Source of the DNA: Octopus sinensis
Lineage: Eukaryota
Assembly: GCF_006345805.1 (NCBI RefSeq)
Contig: NC_043001.1
Coordinates: 36,952,001 to 37,016,000, forward strand
Length of the DNA: 64,000 nucleotides
Direction: 5' to 3'
Each line of letters starts with the position of its first letter. The stretch's first letter is position 1. The notes below the pieces were generated by a model. It made no database searches. It was not told where the DNA came from and worked only from the letters and a program-made list of their open reading frames with translations. Positions 23,995 through 37,025 of this stretch are shown piece after piece. The translations under genes and the position numbers were made by a program.

Positions 23995-24806
23995 TAGTTT
24001 TAAATCTCTTAGTGAGAGGTAAGTAGTAACAGTGCTACAGAGTAAAATCTATTTGCCAACGTAAATTGCCAGTCTTGATTAGGACGATTTTACAACCTTT
24101 TTTAGCCCCAGGAAAACATCTTCCATCTGGCTACCGGCACATAACTGAGTCCTTATACCGAGAGCAAGGGAGCTAGTATCCCCACTCAGCATAAAAGTGT
24201 ACCTGCGGACCATGGTTTCTTTGTTATTTCTCTTCATAAGCACAGGGTAACCGTTCGTTAGAGATGGCAGCTCTATGCCTTGTTCGAGGTATATACTTTT
24301 AAAGTGACGCACACTCACTGATCTCGGAAATAGGGAAAACAATTAGTTTTAAATTTCTGAACGAAAAGTAAGTACTGTTTGGCAACGTAAATTGACAGTT
24401 ACTACCATTTTTATCCCCAGGAAAACATCTTTTCTAGCAGGCTACCGAGGCACAACTGCATCCTTATACCTCGAACAAGGGGGTTAGTGTCCCCACTCAG
24501 CCTTAAACGGTACCTGCGGATCATGGTTTCTGTGTTATTCCTCTTCATCGTTAAAATTGTTTTTCCTCCTTACGAGTTGTGTGTCGCTTTAAAAGTATAT
24601 ACCTTGAACAAGGCCTAGTGCTGCCATCTCTAGCCAATGGTTATCCTGTGCCTATGAAGGGAAATAACCCAGCAACCATTGTCCATACGTACCGTTTAAG
24701 GCTGTGTGGGGACATTAGCTCCCGTGTTCGGGATATAAGGATGCAGTTGTGTATCGGTAGCTAGCTGGAAAAGATATTTTCCTGGGGGTTAAAACAGATG
24801 GTAACA
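23995..24806. repeat. Three diverged copies of an about 200-330 bp repeat: two direct, one inverted
   Basis: CCCCAGGAAAACATCTT...TACCTGCGGA(C/T)CATGGTTTC occurs near 24106 and 24416, with a reverse-complement copy at about 24580-24806. Confidence 0.8.
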
Positions 24807-25078
24807 TCGTCATGTTGAAGTCTGCGCTGCAACTAATTAGTTTTGCGCCGAATTATGGCACCCACCAGGTTGGGGCTCCCTATCATGGTAACACGTGCTA
24901 AGGAAGGTGAGGCAATTATGCCAGTCCAGAAAGTGGTCCACGTGGGAACAAATACTTGAATGTATGGTAAGAGATTATCTTAGCCTGTTTGCCTCTGGAC
25001 GGTTGATTTCTGTAGTTATTATCAATGTATTTTGGCGATTTATTTCAAACAAGCAGACATATTTAGTATGTCCTTTGG

Positions 25079-25130
<52 letters not shown>

Positions 25131-26454
25131 GATTAGTATGTATGTGTGTGCTTGATGTGTGTGTGTGTATGTATGTGTGCATGTGTGTATGTGTGAGTGT
25201 GTGTATTAATCTTCAGTCTCATTCTGCACTCTTCTTGCTACGTTGGATGAGATATACTGTAATTCAAAATTTAACTCCCTCTGATTATATATCAATTCTT
25301 TCGTTTTCAACAAAATTACATGCGACTATGGAACAATAATACATTTATTTGTGACTGTTTGGAGTAAAGACTATTCAATTTGTAACATGAGTTGCCTTCA
25401 GTCGTGATTTTTCAAATTTATTTCAGAACATCGGACTTAAGGTTTTGTTGGGTTCTCTTCTTGACGGTGTGGGTACTCCGTATGGACTTGTCACATATTA
25501 TGCTCTTGGTATCCATATATGTTTAAACTTAGTTAGGTGTGCTTCCATACCTAAAGGTGAGCTCTCGCTAATTCTAATCCGAGATGTAGAGATTATTTTC
25601 ATTTCAGGCGCTAGAAAAATCGCTTCATTTTGTTAAAGTTTTTAATCGGGACGTAGAAATGTTGCCCATTACTTTCGTAAACTTTTCGAAATTGGCTAGA
25701 TAGATGCAGTTGATACTGCTAGGGTGAATGTTATGAGCATCATAGCAATAAATTTTCCTTTCCCAATATAACCGAAGGCTATTTGTTGCTAAATCAGAAG
25801 AAACTGCTTTTTCTTTTAGTTTGTACTCTCATTATCAATGTTCGGGAAATATATCAAAGTTAACTTCTTTAGATAGAAATATTGAGCATCTCTTGGAAAA
25901 CACATATAAAAATGTGATAATGCCCTGGCAATAATAATATATCATAGTACTGCTATTTTCTATAACTTGCTTTCTTCTATCCTTATAAATAATGCACCAG
26001 TCACCTTTCAAAATAGTTGTCTATCATTACTGATGTAATGGCCTGGTTGGTAAGAAGTTTGCTTCTAAATCATGAGATTCCGTACTGGACCTGTGTGATA
26101 TTCTGGACAAGTGCCTTTTTATACGAGATCAGGGTCGAAATCAGACTTGTTGAATTGACTAAAGGTCTCTGTGTACTTATTTATCTCAGAACATGATATC
26201 TTCCTCATTTTCTGACATTATTAGTGGTATATACCAATGCCATCTCTTTTCAATTAGTGTTTTATAATTTTTTTTTCTTGGTTCAAGGCAAATAGTTTTG
26301 ACGTGGCGGGGGTAGAAGTCAACTACATCGACTCTAGTACTTGGTTGGTACTCTCTATTATCGACCCATTTGTGATGAGAAAATATGTCGATCTCGTTTG
26401 AATTTGTACTCAGAACGCAAAGCGTATAGCGATTCAGCCAGATCAGCAACTTTA

Positions 26455-26800
26455 GTTGGTATTTCATAATGCTGGCTTAACTTCCAGTGTGTGTCCAGTT
26501 CTGTCATTCTAGTGAATGTATTTTTTCTTGGCTAAGACTGGACAACCAGAGATTATGTGGATAAACTATTTCTTCTTCATCTCCACATATTCTGCAGATA
26601 CTAACTTTACTCTGCTTCAATACATGTTCGCGATGGTTTCTCATGGCAACTCTATGATCCTGTCTCGCACTCAAGAATCTTCAGTCAGAGATTTGAATTC
26701 TGCATTTCTCAGTCACTGTTGCAATTTGTCCTCTACTTCTACTTAGTTCAGTTTATTCACCTAATTGCCATATAACAGCTGTTTTTGCCATCTCATTATC
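26455..26800 (-). mobile_element. R4/Dong-like LINE fragment with CCHC zinc knuckle
   Basis: Minus strand, across frameshifts: LRNAEFKSLTE...CRICGDEEE..HIISGCPVLAKKKYIH*NDRTGHT..WKLSQHYE. Confidence 0.75.
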
Positions 26801-28303
26801 ACGGTATTGTACAGATCAAATCAGTTTTGTATTTGTTGATTTCTTTGAAGACAAAAGGCAGTTTGATTGCTTTTTAAACCACTGCTACAACGGAAAGCAA
26901 AATCACAATGGATCGACTATCTAAATACAAGATTGCCAGCATTTTTGTAGTTATAAAATGGCTTTAAAATCGAGTCACAGACTATCTTACTAGGCTTGTG
27001 TTATGTCGCACGTTCGGATGATCTCTACTTAACTCTACTCTCTCTACTCTTCTACTCTTGTCTACACAGCTGTGTTCTTGACGTCTAGGCTTCTCTCTCT
27101 ATATCTACGTATTGGGCTAGCCTACTTCATCGTCTGGAGGCGTCCACACAACAGCTTGAATGACAGTGATGGTTGATGAGGCAGTTAAGGTAGTACATTC
27201 AGAATAGTGGCCAACAATTTCCCGTCGGGACAGAACGGGCCGATTTCTTCATGCATCTACAAGCTTTCTAGGGGACGTCCCGATCTTCAGAAAAGGAAAA
27301 GCAGAGACCCTAGCCAGCAGGATTTGATCTCAGAAAGTTTTTCGTGGCCGGCCACCCTTCATACGAGACAATCTTTTATTTGACTCTCATCGAGAACTAT
27401 AATGAGATCTTCAGTAGCAACACAAAAGAACAACACGCAGCTGTTATGTGCAGCCAAGCGGTGTTTCTTTGGCTTTCTATGAATATATGTATGGCTGGTT
27501 GGAAAAGATTAATATTTGAGGTCGAGTTCAAAATGTGACATCATCGCCGCACAAAGTATTTATCAATCTTTTTTCATCTCATGTCACCTTAAGCAATATT
27601 GGTTAAAAACACTCTCTTCATAAGATCAGTCCATTCTTAAAAAAATAAACTAAAATAAGATAAAAGAAGAATAAGACGAAGAAAAAGGAAAAAATAATTA
27701 CTTAAGCACTTTTAGCGAAATAATTTGGAAAGGTTTCAATATTTTTATCTTGTTTTGCGTGATTTGTAAGCTCCGGCAAGGTTACAACGATATTGATTGG
27801 TTGGCAGTTCTTCACACAGTTTCGATAATACTGTTTCTCTGCACGAGATTATTTTTCAGGAAAATGGGAATTTATTGGAGAAACAATGTAATTTCACAAT
27901 TCTTCATAAAAACGGATCTAATTCTAACAGCCTGTTTTCTCTAATAATTTCAAGTTTTCCTTTTCTCTAAACCTACTAATTATCAAATTTTAAAAAAATT
28001 ACTTAGCTCATGGATGAAAGAGAGCAACTATGACATCCTTCAAGGCGTCTGAGTTTCGTGGAAAGGAGAAAGTAAATGATTCTCAGACTGGAATCCTGGC
28101 CCAAATACAATGGTCAACAAACACGTTTTGTAGTCTCTCCATTGTTTCCTTCGTTTCTAATCCTTTAGGGTATTCTTCATGACATTACCCATATTTTCGT
28201 CTCATGTCTAAGTCCGAAGGCCTTATTCTATTTATTTCATTTTCTTTGTATGCCCACATCCCGTCGTGTTTGTTTTCGTCTTTGCCGCTCGTCCGCTTGC
28301 CAT

Positions 28304-28349
<46 letters not shown>

Positions 28350-28350
<1 letters not shown>

Positions 28351-28547
28351 CTCTTTTACTTGTTTCAGTCATTTGACTGCGGCCATGCTGGAGCACCGCC
28401 TTTTTAGTCGAGAAAATCAACCCCACGCCTTATTCTTTGTAAGCCTAGTACTTATTCTTTTGCCGAACCGCTAATTAACGGGAACGTAAACACACCAGCA
28501 TCGGTTGTCAAGCGATGTTGGGGGGTGGGTCAAACACACACACACAT

Positions 28548-28578
<31 letters not shown>

Positions 28579-28735
28579 CGACAGGCTTCTTTCAGTTTCC
28601 GTCCGCCAAATCCACTCACAAGGCTTTGGTCGGCCCGAGGCTATAGTAGAAGACACTATCCCAAGATACCAAGCAGTGGAACTGAACCCGGAACCGTGTG
28701 GTTGGTAAGCAGGCTACTTACCACACAGCCACTCA
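28350..28735 (-). mobile_element. SINE family A
   Basis: Reverse-complement copy. Confidence 0.88.
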
Positions 28736-29013
28736 TTCGTCTCGTCTTGAATATTATTTCGTTTGTATGATATGTATTGTTTATTGCATATTTTCCTCAT
28801 ATTTGTATGTTCACTCTCAGTCGTCTTTGGTCCCTTGTTCGTTTGCTCGCTATTTCCCGTTGGCTTCTCGTCACTGACGCCACTAAAGAGAATCAATATT
28901 ATCGTTAAATGCATGAAATTGCTACGATCTTCTGGATGATAACTGACGAGGATTTGGTGATATCCAATGTGTGCTTTCCGTTTGTTTGTACTTATATATA
29001 TATATATATATAT

Positions 29014-29185
29014 AGGCGCAGGAGTGGCTGTGTGGTAAGTAGCTTGCTTACTAACCACATGGTTCCGGGTTCAGTCCCACTGCGTGGCACTTTGGGCAAG
29101 TGTCTTCTACTATAGCCTCGGGCCGACCAAAGCCTTGTGAGTGGATTTGGTAGACGGAAATTGAAGGAAGCCTGTCGTGTATAAG

Positions 29186-29241
<56 letters not shown>

Positions 29242-29471
29242 TGTGTCTGTGTGTCTGTGTTTGTCCCCCCAAAATCGCTTGACAACCGATGCTGGTGTGT
29301 TCATGTCCCCGTAACTTAGCGGTTCGGCAAAAGAGACCGATAGAATAAGTACTAGGCTTACAAAAAATAAGTTCTGGCGTCGATTTGCTCGACTAAAAGC
29401 GGTGCTCCAGCATGGCTGCAGTCAAATGACTGAAACAAGTAAAAGAAAGAAAGAAAGAAAGAAAGAAAGAA
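29014..29471 (+). mobile_element. SINE family A
   Basis: Full copy with an (AAAG)n tail. Confidence 0.9.
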
Positions 29472-30776
29472 ATTGTGTCTTTTTTTTAAATATATTCATT
29501 ACATCTACCCTAGGGTTGTGTGGGAACCCGGATAACAGATTAAGTATATATTCCAAAACTTAGTGCACACGAGGTAAAATATTTCAGGATTTACAGACAC
29601 TGGTTGAGCCTAAAGTGCTAAAATACAAGGTGTGTTACACCAACAGTAAATCGATAGTATACTTCAGGGTGATTTATATTTTGTGAAGGTTACAATCAAT
29701 AAAATAGATGCCATTATACTACTGGTACATATTTTATAGAACGTAGAAAGATGAAAGGCAATGTTTAACGATTGTGAGATTTGAACTTATAGGAAAAAGT
29801 ATTGCCTTAAAAACAGATAGGAAACTGGAGTGTTTTCATTGTTGTTAGCTAGAGATGTATTTTTGAGGTATTTGCGAAAGCCAGGCGTAACGAATTTTTA
29901 TTGATTTGCTGGATAACGAAGGGAAACAACAATGACCGTTCTTCAGGAACTCCGATGCTGATGGAAGGGAAGAAGTAAGTTATAGTTAGACAGGAAATCT
30001 GGCCCAAATACAGCAGAGTCAACTTCACTACAGCTACCTAAGTGTCTTGTGGTAGCTCGGATGACGAATTACTCATGGACGTAGGTTCTTGTAATCACCA
30101 GAGAAAAATGGCGCAAAGCTTTAAACTCAAAATAGTCATTTTCTTCGATCAAGAGACAGAGTAGAATTTATTTATTTAGATTTTCCATTTCAGTTGTCAT
30201 TTGACCCTATAGGTATAATGTGGTGGTAAAAAAGTGTAGTTGCGTCAATAATTAATTTGTAAAGAATATTAATAATATAAATGAAATGAGGGATTTACAA
30301 GTATTAGTGATTAAACTGAGATTTAGAATTTTCTCTCTCTCTCTTTCTCACACACACATACACATACACATTCTCTCTGACTCTCTCATACGCTCTCTCT
30401 CTCTCTCTCTCTCTCTTTGACTCTCTCTCACACACACTCTCTCGTGCACTCACACTCTCTGTGTCTCACACACACATGTATATGCAAGTGTGCATGTGTG
30501 TGTGTAAGTTTGCATATCAACGAGCTAAGCTTTTAGTTTACTGAGTCATTGATATAGCTTTACATGCTAAATAAATGCTTCGTTACAATCTTAATCTGCA
30601 TCAACATTATTATCAACATTATTTTGTGAGCTTTATATTATTCTTAGTTGTATTTTAATAATGGTTTCTCAATATAATCCTTGTAATGATAGCAACGAAG
30701 TTCATAATAACGACCATCATTATCATAACTTCTATCCTTATCCCATCATGTACACTTAGTTCACAATCATCATCAA

Positions 30777-30847
<71 letters not shown>

Positions 30848-32331
30848 CCATCATCAATATATATATTAGTGCTATCTTATATTACGTAATATACCTCAGT
30901 AAATACATTCGAAGCACGCAAGGAAAAGGTCATTTGAGTCGAATTTCTCCAATGCAAAGCACCCTGCAGCAATCGTTGCGAATATAAATTGTTGACGACA
31001 AAACCATATTACGTGTTTCCATTTCTCAAACGAATCTCCAGCCATTCACATTCTGCTCATTCTTCCACCATAAGCGCCACATTTATCAGTGATTTCTGAA
31101 ATTTTTATATAGAATGAAATCTTTAGAAGAAAGCCTCGGGTAAAGCATCTTTTACTTTCGGCAATGTCTATTGAAACTTTTAACTTTTAGAATTTGTATT
31201 GAAATAGTTGTTCGTTTGTTACTTTGTATTCAAACCTGTTTGCATCCTTTCGCCATTGTCATTTTGTTTGGTGACGAAGTCGAAAACATGTCACTATAGT
31301 AATTATACGTAAATGAATTGTTGGGAAGGTATTTTCTTCTTGAAATACGAAACTTTAGCCAGTCTTCGAGGCGATACTTTTCATTGAATCCTAATAGCAT
31401 TCACTGAACATATCTTGTCAGTTGTATGTACATGTTAATGACTTAGAGGCGAGTTTGTATTAGAAATGACAGTTTATGAATACTTGTGTTTAAAGTGAGA
31501 TAATATGGCATGAGGAAAAGGCGTCAGTTTCCAAACTTAATAGTTGTCAGTTTCTATATTTCCATCGATACTATTGTGTTGCACCATTAGTTAAGCTAGT
31601 TTCTAGGGATTGTCTCAGTTTACTTATGTGGGGACTAGATGTTGGTGGTTAACTACAGCTCATCCCTAATCAGCAGTTCTATGATCAAAGGTAATGAAGT
31701 AGTGACCATTTTTCTAATTCTTCAGACAGCGTGCATACATATTGCTTATTATGTTCTTCTAAGACAGTATTGTGTGATTTGAGCTTTGGCTACTAATTCT
31801 AGCAGGTCTATAGCTGTCAAAAGTGAAAGTAATTGATGATAAAATGTTAAAATACCTGTTTCATGGGTATTTGATTTAAAGATCGTTTGGCTATGAAACT
31901 ATTAAGAATTTGATTCCAAAAGCAGTAATGATAGAGGAAAATAATTCCCTGCATTCTGAGTTCAAGCCACATCGGCATCAGCTTTGACTTTAATTTTTCC
32001 GAATGTATAAAATGTAACCTACGCATGTACTAGGGTTCAATTAAATCGGTTATATTCATCCTCTTCAAATATTTAACCTTGTGCTAATCTGAAAAATAAG
32101 AATCAAACCCTGAAATCAACAACTCCTTGATTTTTTGGTTAGAAAGAAAAGAAGGTCGTTTAAAGATAATTTGAGTAATGCTGTTAGACGAATTTTCTTA
32201 ACAGTTAAGTCTGAAGGAAAGGGCTCCGCTCATAAATTTTGGCAGGCCCACCAAGAGTGGTAAAAATCTATGCCGATGAGGGACTTCTACAATAAGAGGA
32301 GTCTAATCTGCATGAGTGATGCCAAAGAGAG

Positions 32332-32857
32332 ATCTGAATGAAAGGTGACGTAATAGGGCTTATAGTCGCTTGGCGATCAACGTACTTACTGGAGCGGCCT
32401 AGAAGACATTCGTCGCGTGTAAAATACTTTTAAAATCAGAAACACACAACACACTCACTCATTTAGCTCCAGTGAAAACACACCAGTTCTTTCACTCTCA
32501 GAAAGTACGTCTAAAATTTGAATGACAATGAATTTACCGAAACTCCTACAAGCTGGAGCATTGTCGAAAATGTAATCCAATATTTACATGCATCAAATAG
32601 CTGTAACTTGTGATTGATAGAGAAGCATCTCAATTTCACTCAATATTTCAATGTCTGAAATAGTAAATCAAACAAAATTGTTCGCCGGCAAGCATTGTAG
32701 CAAATAGCACTTGATATAATTTCAACAGAAAGTCAGGTAAGTATTGCGGGCATCGCATCTACATATAAAATACATCCTGCAACGCTACTCGGTAATAATT
32801 CTTCTTTATAAAGGTAAGAAAACTTCCAACCCATCTCTCTCTGTCTATCTATCTATA

Positions 32858-32914
<57 letters not shown>

Positions 32915-33058
32915 CACAAATATACACAGAGAGAAAGAGAGAGAGAGAGAGAACTACACACACACGCACAAACATATATGTGCATGCATATGTATATATA
33001 AATATAAATATATATATATATATGTGTGTGTGTATGTGTGCATATATATATGTATATA

Positions 33059-33094
<36 letters not shown>

Positions 33095-33156
33095 TGTATG
33101 TATGTATTCAAGTATGTGTATATAAACAAGCACACATACTGTATATACATACATGC

Positions 33157-33222
<66 letters not shown>

Positions 33223-33502
33223 CGTATATATAAATATATATATGTACAAATCATACATTATACATACGCGCACCACCACACACGCACGCATGCAGGCGCG
33301 AACACATGTATACACATATACACACATATAGAGGAAGAAGTGAGACAGGGAGAGAGGACAAGAAAGAGACTGGCCGTCACAGATGTGTGCATCAAAGAAA
33401 AGTGTGTAAGCGTATGTACGTTTGTATATACATATAACTGTATGTATTCCATGCTATATAGGCCCTATGTGCGCGATTGAGTGTGTGTGTGTGTGTGTGT
33501 GA

Positions 33503-33570
<68 letters not shown>

Positions 33571-33922
33571 ATCTTTGAATAGTGCTATTAGCGTTTGGTT
33601 ATATTGAGTTAGTTGTAATATCTTGCGAGGAATATAAATACTGACGTAGGAATGTCTCAAAACTTCTCTGCCGAATGACTCAGATTTGATTCTGTAGAAA
33701 GATTGATGTTGTTGCTGTTACCCATATTCGCTGCCATTACCGCTGCTGCTTCTGCTTCTGCTGATGCTGCTGCTGCTGTTGGTGGTGGGGTTGTCCTCGT
33801 CGTGGTCGTTGTCGTTGCTTTTGCAATACGTCATTAGATGACATCTGAATGAAAGGTGACGTCATAGGGCTTATGTAGCCGCTTGGCGATCAACGTACTT
33901 ACTGGAGCGGCCTAGAAGACAT
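32332..33922 (+). repeat. About 80-bp near-identical direct repeat at 32332-32409 and 33843-33922
   Basis: ATCTGAATGAAAGGTGACGT(A/C)ATAGGGCTTAT..GCTTGGCGATCAACGTACTTACTGGAGCGGCCTAGAAGACAT occurs twice. Confidence 0.9.
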
Positions 33923-34001
33923 GAAACGTTTGATAAACGAGTTTAAGGCTCTTTATAACTGATATCGGCTTGCAGCGATTTTGAATTTCATGCTAAAACA
34001 C

Positions 34002-34033
<32 letters not shown>

Positions 34034-34294
34034 TCGTACAAGCATACACACCCACGTTTACACACATACAAAAATTCAAATTCAAAGATATAGTTTCTGG
34101 TTATACGCTGTATGTACATGTATACATTCGTAACCCATGCATAAATCATATATATTCAACACTGGTTGCTAAAATACTTAATGAGTAATTTGAAACAGGA
34201 TTCGAATTTCACATCTATCCAGGCTATATTGCACGGGCTTGTATTTACATAATTTGCAAGAGTTTGTGGATGGATGTGTATTTGAATGTATGTA

Positions 34295-35292
34295 TTGGGT
34301 TGGCAACTAAGTTCCCGCCGTTTTTTTTTTTAAATTTGGAATTTATTGCGTTTTTAAATTTTGGTTCTATTTTGTTTTTTCGAGAATTCTATTTTTGAAT
34401 CATTTTGGAAATCTTTTTTTTTCAAGTTAATTTTAGTTAATTTTTGTTTATTTTCAGATCATTAAAATGGAATGTCAAGTGAAAAACAAGCATTTTCGAC
34501 ACCCCCTTCTTTTGCTTTTAATCAAGGTTCTAAAGCCGCAAAAGCTGCCCGCAACATGTGTGCTGTGTATGAAGAGGGTGCCATAGCTGAAAGAACCGCT
34601 CGTGATTGGTATGCCAAGACGCATTGGTATCAAAGACGCACCTCGTTCTGGCCATCCAGTTGTGTTCGATGAAGAGCAATTAACCAACATTTGCATGAAA
34701 ATTCTCGTCAAACAACAAGGGAACTGGCAGAGAAAATGGAATGCTCCCACACTGTTACAGAGAAGCATCTTCACTTGATGGGAAAAGTTCAGAAGTATGG
34801 AGCATGGGTTCCGCATGCTTTAAGTGACAACAGCAAAAATCAACGAGCTACAATCTCCGCTGGTTTGCTTGCTCGTCACCGCTCAACTCAAGGACACAAG
34901 CAACGATTTCTTTACCGAATCGTTACTAGCGACGAAAAACGGTGCTTGTATGTCAATATGAAGCAGCGTAAGGAATGGCTTAGCCCCAGTAAACAAGCGA
35001 CACCGTGCGTGAAACAAGATCTTCATCCGCCTAAAACGATGTTGTGCATATGATGGGACTGGGAAGGGATTACCCACTTACGAATTGCTTGCACAGAACC
35101 AAACGGTCAACAGATGGAACGACTCAACACGGCTATTCAAGAGAAAAGACCTAATCGGCAGATGGAGTTCTGCTGCATGACAACGCCCGCTCTCATATCG
35201 ACAATATGACCAAGGAAGCCATTCAAACTCATGGGTGGGAAGCGCTGCCACCCACGCCGTACTCTCCTGACTTGGCACCAACAGATTTCCAC
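34295..35292 (+). mobile_element. Mariner (DD34D) transposon, decayed and 3'-truncated
   Basis: TA followed by TIR-like TTGGGTTGGCAACTAAG. ATG 34467 gives MECQVKNKHFRHPLLFAFNQGSKAAKAARNMCAVYEEGAIAERTARDWYAK. Motifs WVPHAL, IVTSDEK, HDNARSH and PPYSPDLAPTDFH are present. Confidence 0.92.
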
Positions 35293-35339
35293 ACACATAG
35301 ATAAAACACACACATAAAACACATAAAACACATCGATAC

Positions 35340-36422
35340 ATATATGTATGAAAACAAACAAATATTTGTTCTTATATTAGAAGCGTTGAAAATGTGTATT
35401 GTACAATACAAATACGAAGATATTTTTTCGAACGCAGAGTTGCCGTAAGAACAGCAGAAATACTGAGCAAATTACCCTTACGAGGCAGAAGAATTTGTCA
35501 ACAACCAGTCTGGGAGTCGAACCCGTATCTCTCAAAGACTTTACCATTAAGCTAAAGTGGATCTTTTCGGTTTGAACGGCAGTTTTTAACATAATTTCTA
35601 GGTAACTAAAAAATTTTAAACTCCGTATACTGGTAGAGTGTGTTTATAAAACATCTTTTTCCCTTGGCTTTATTGAGAAAATTCTATAGTTTGTAAGATA
35701 TTTGCTGTTTTTTTCTTCAATTTCTGCAATTTCAACCAATCAACGACGTCTATTGAGGTAAAAAAAAACATTCTGTGCCGTATTAATACGACCCTCGTTT
35801 AAGAAACAGATTGGGTTTATTTACATTTGTGAAAAAAAAAAGATACCCTTCCCCCCACCCCTAACCCTAACCCCAACTAACCCTAAAACAGATTGAAATG
35901 CAATAGATCGATACTAGGGTGATAATTATGGGTGACAATTTCATATGAAACCGCTAGAAAAAAACTGCCGAAAAGATCTGCTAAAGTGCCTTACCATTAA
36001 GCTAAACTGCCCGCTGACATATTCACCGCCGAATTTAGACGCTAAATACTTTAGCTTTATGGAACAACCATGTGTGTATAGATGCAAACAAACAAATATT
36101 GACAAATTCTTCCGCCTTGTGATAGTAATTTACTCAATATTTCTGCTGTTCTAACGGCAATTCCGCGTTCGAAAAATATTACCTTCTTCTTAGTATTGTA
36201 CAATACACATTTTCGACGCTTTTAATAAAAGAACAAATATTTCATTGTTTACATTCGTACAGACATAGTTGTTACATAAAACTAAATTATTTAGCGCCTA
36301 AATTCGGCGGTGAATATGTCAGCGGGTAGTTTAGCTTAATGATAAAGCATTCAGCCGGAGCGTTTGATGGATTTGTATTCAAGTCCCATGACTGGTTGTT
36401 GACAAATTTTTCCACCTTGTAA
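35340..36422. repeat. About 300-bp tandem unit containing Pol III A/B boxes, in opposed orientations either side of about 36095
   Basis: GACAAATTCTTCC at 36101 recurs at 36401. Reverse-complement copies lie at 35340-35558 and 35980-36090. A box is TAGCTTAATGG, B box GGTTCGACTCC. Confidence 0.7.
35559..35979. mobile_element. MITE-like element with short TIRs, apparent 8-9 bp TSD and an internal (CCCTAA)n tract
   Basis: Ends are GGATCTTTTCGG and CCGAAAAGATCT, flanked by GCTAAAGT(G) at 35551 and 35980. CCCTAACCCTAACC lies near 35859. A related copy starting GGATCTTT is at 37894. Confidence 0.6.
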
Positions 36423-36426
36423 GGAT

Positions 36427-37025
36427 ATATATATATGTATGAATTTTTTGCGTAATGAGATAAAAAACCAAGGCTGCATAGATATTAGAGAATTTCTAGA
36501 TAGAAGGTCTTACAGCTGTTTCTAGGTTATTCATTAATAATATCCCTTCATCGGAGACGGTGCGAGAGGAAAAATTAAGTCATATTTCTAGGTCAATTTA
36601 AACACAAACCATGAATCTACTACACTCTATATAAATTTCCTACTGGGAATGACCAACTTTAAAAGAATCTGACATTGCTTATAAACTCTACATCTGGATG
36701 GACTCATTAAACTCTGTTGGACTTTTGGATTTTACTCAAAGGATATTGGAATATTACACATATATACCATTATGCCTATAAAACGGATTTACGAATTTAA
36801 TAACCATACATATCTTACATTTATTTTCTTTCCTCCACCTCACTCTCTATTTGTATCACATCGAAACTAATTATGACTTAATTCTTCCTCTCACACCGTC
36901 TCCGATGAAGGGATATTATTAATTAATATCCTAGAAACAGCTGTAAGACCTTCTATCTATAAATGCTCTAATATCTATACAGCCCTGGTTTTTTTAATCT
37001 CATTACACAAAAAATTCATATATAC
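36427..37025. mobile_element. PLE-like 3' end with inverted pLTR; about 160-bp inverted arms, each carrying a hammerhead motif
   Basis: 36427-36594 is the reverse complement of about 36870-37025. The spacer reads KESDIAYK/TLHLDGLI, resembling the PLE endonuclease C-terminus (TLHPDGLN). Confidence 0.65.
36898..36949 (+). ncRNA. Hammerhead-like motif (U4C core variant); mirror copy at 36507-36558 on the minus strand
   Basis: GUCU-CCGAUGA-AG-GGAUAUUA(UUAAU)UAAUAUCC-UA-GAAA-CAGCUG-U-A-AGAC. Stem III is the palindrome ACAGCUGU. Confidence 0.65.

Noticed and set aside
24079-24764. Two similar ORFs (FKSIYLEQG...) suggesting duplicated exons
   Set aside because: Replacement changes greatly outnumber silent ones, one copy has a stop and frameshift, and splice sites are poor
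28930-28975. CTGACGA-GGAT...ATCC, resembling a hammerhead 5' half
   Set aside because: GAAA and stem III are absent
32265-32320. CCGATGAG followed by a hairpin
   Set aside because: No GAAA or cleavage triplet
35855-35890. Telomeric repeat suggesting a chromosome end or fusion site
   Set aside because: Only about four degenerate units, located inside a MITE-like element
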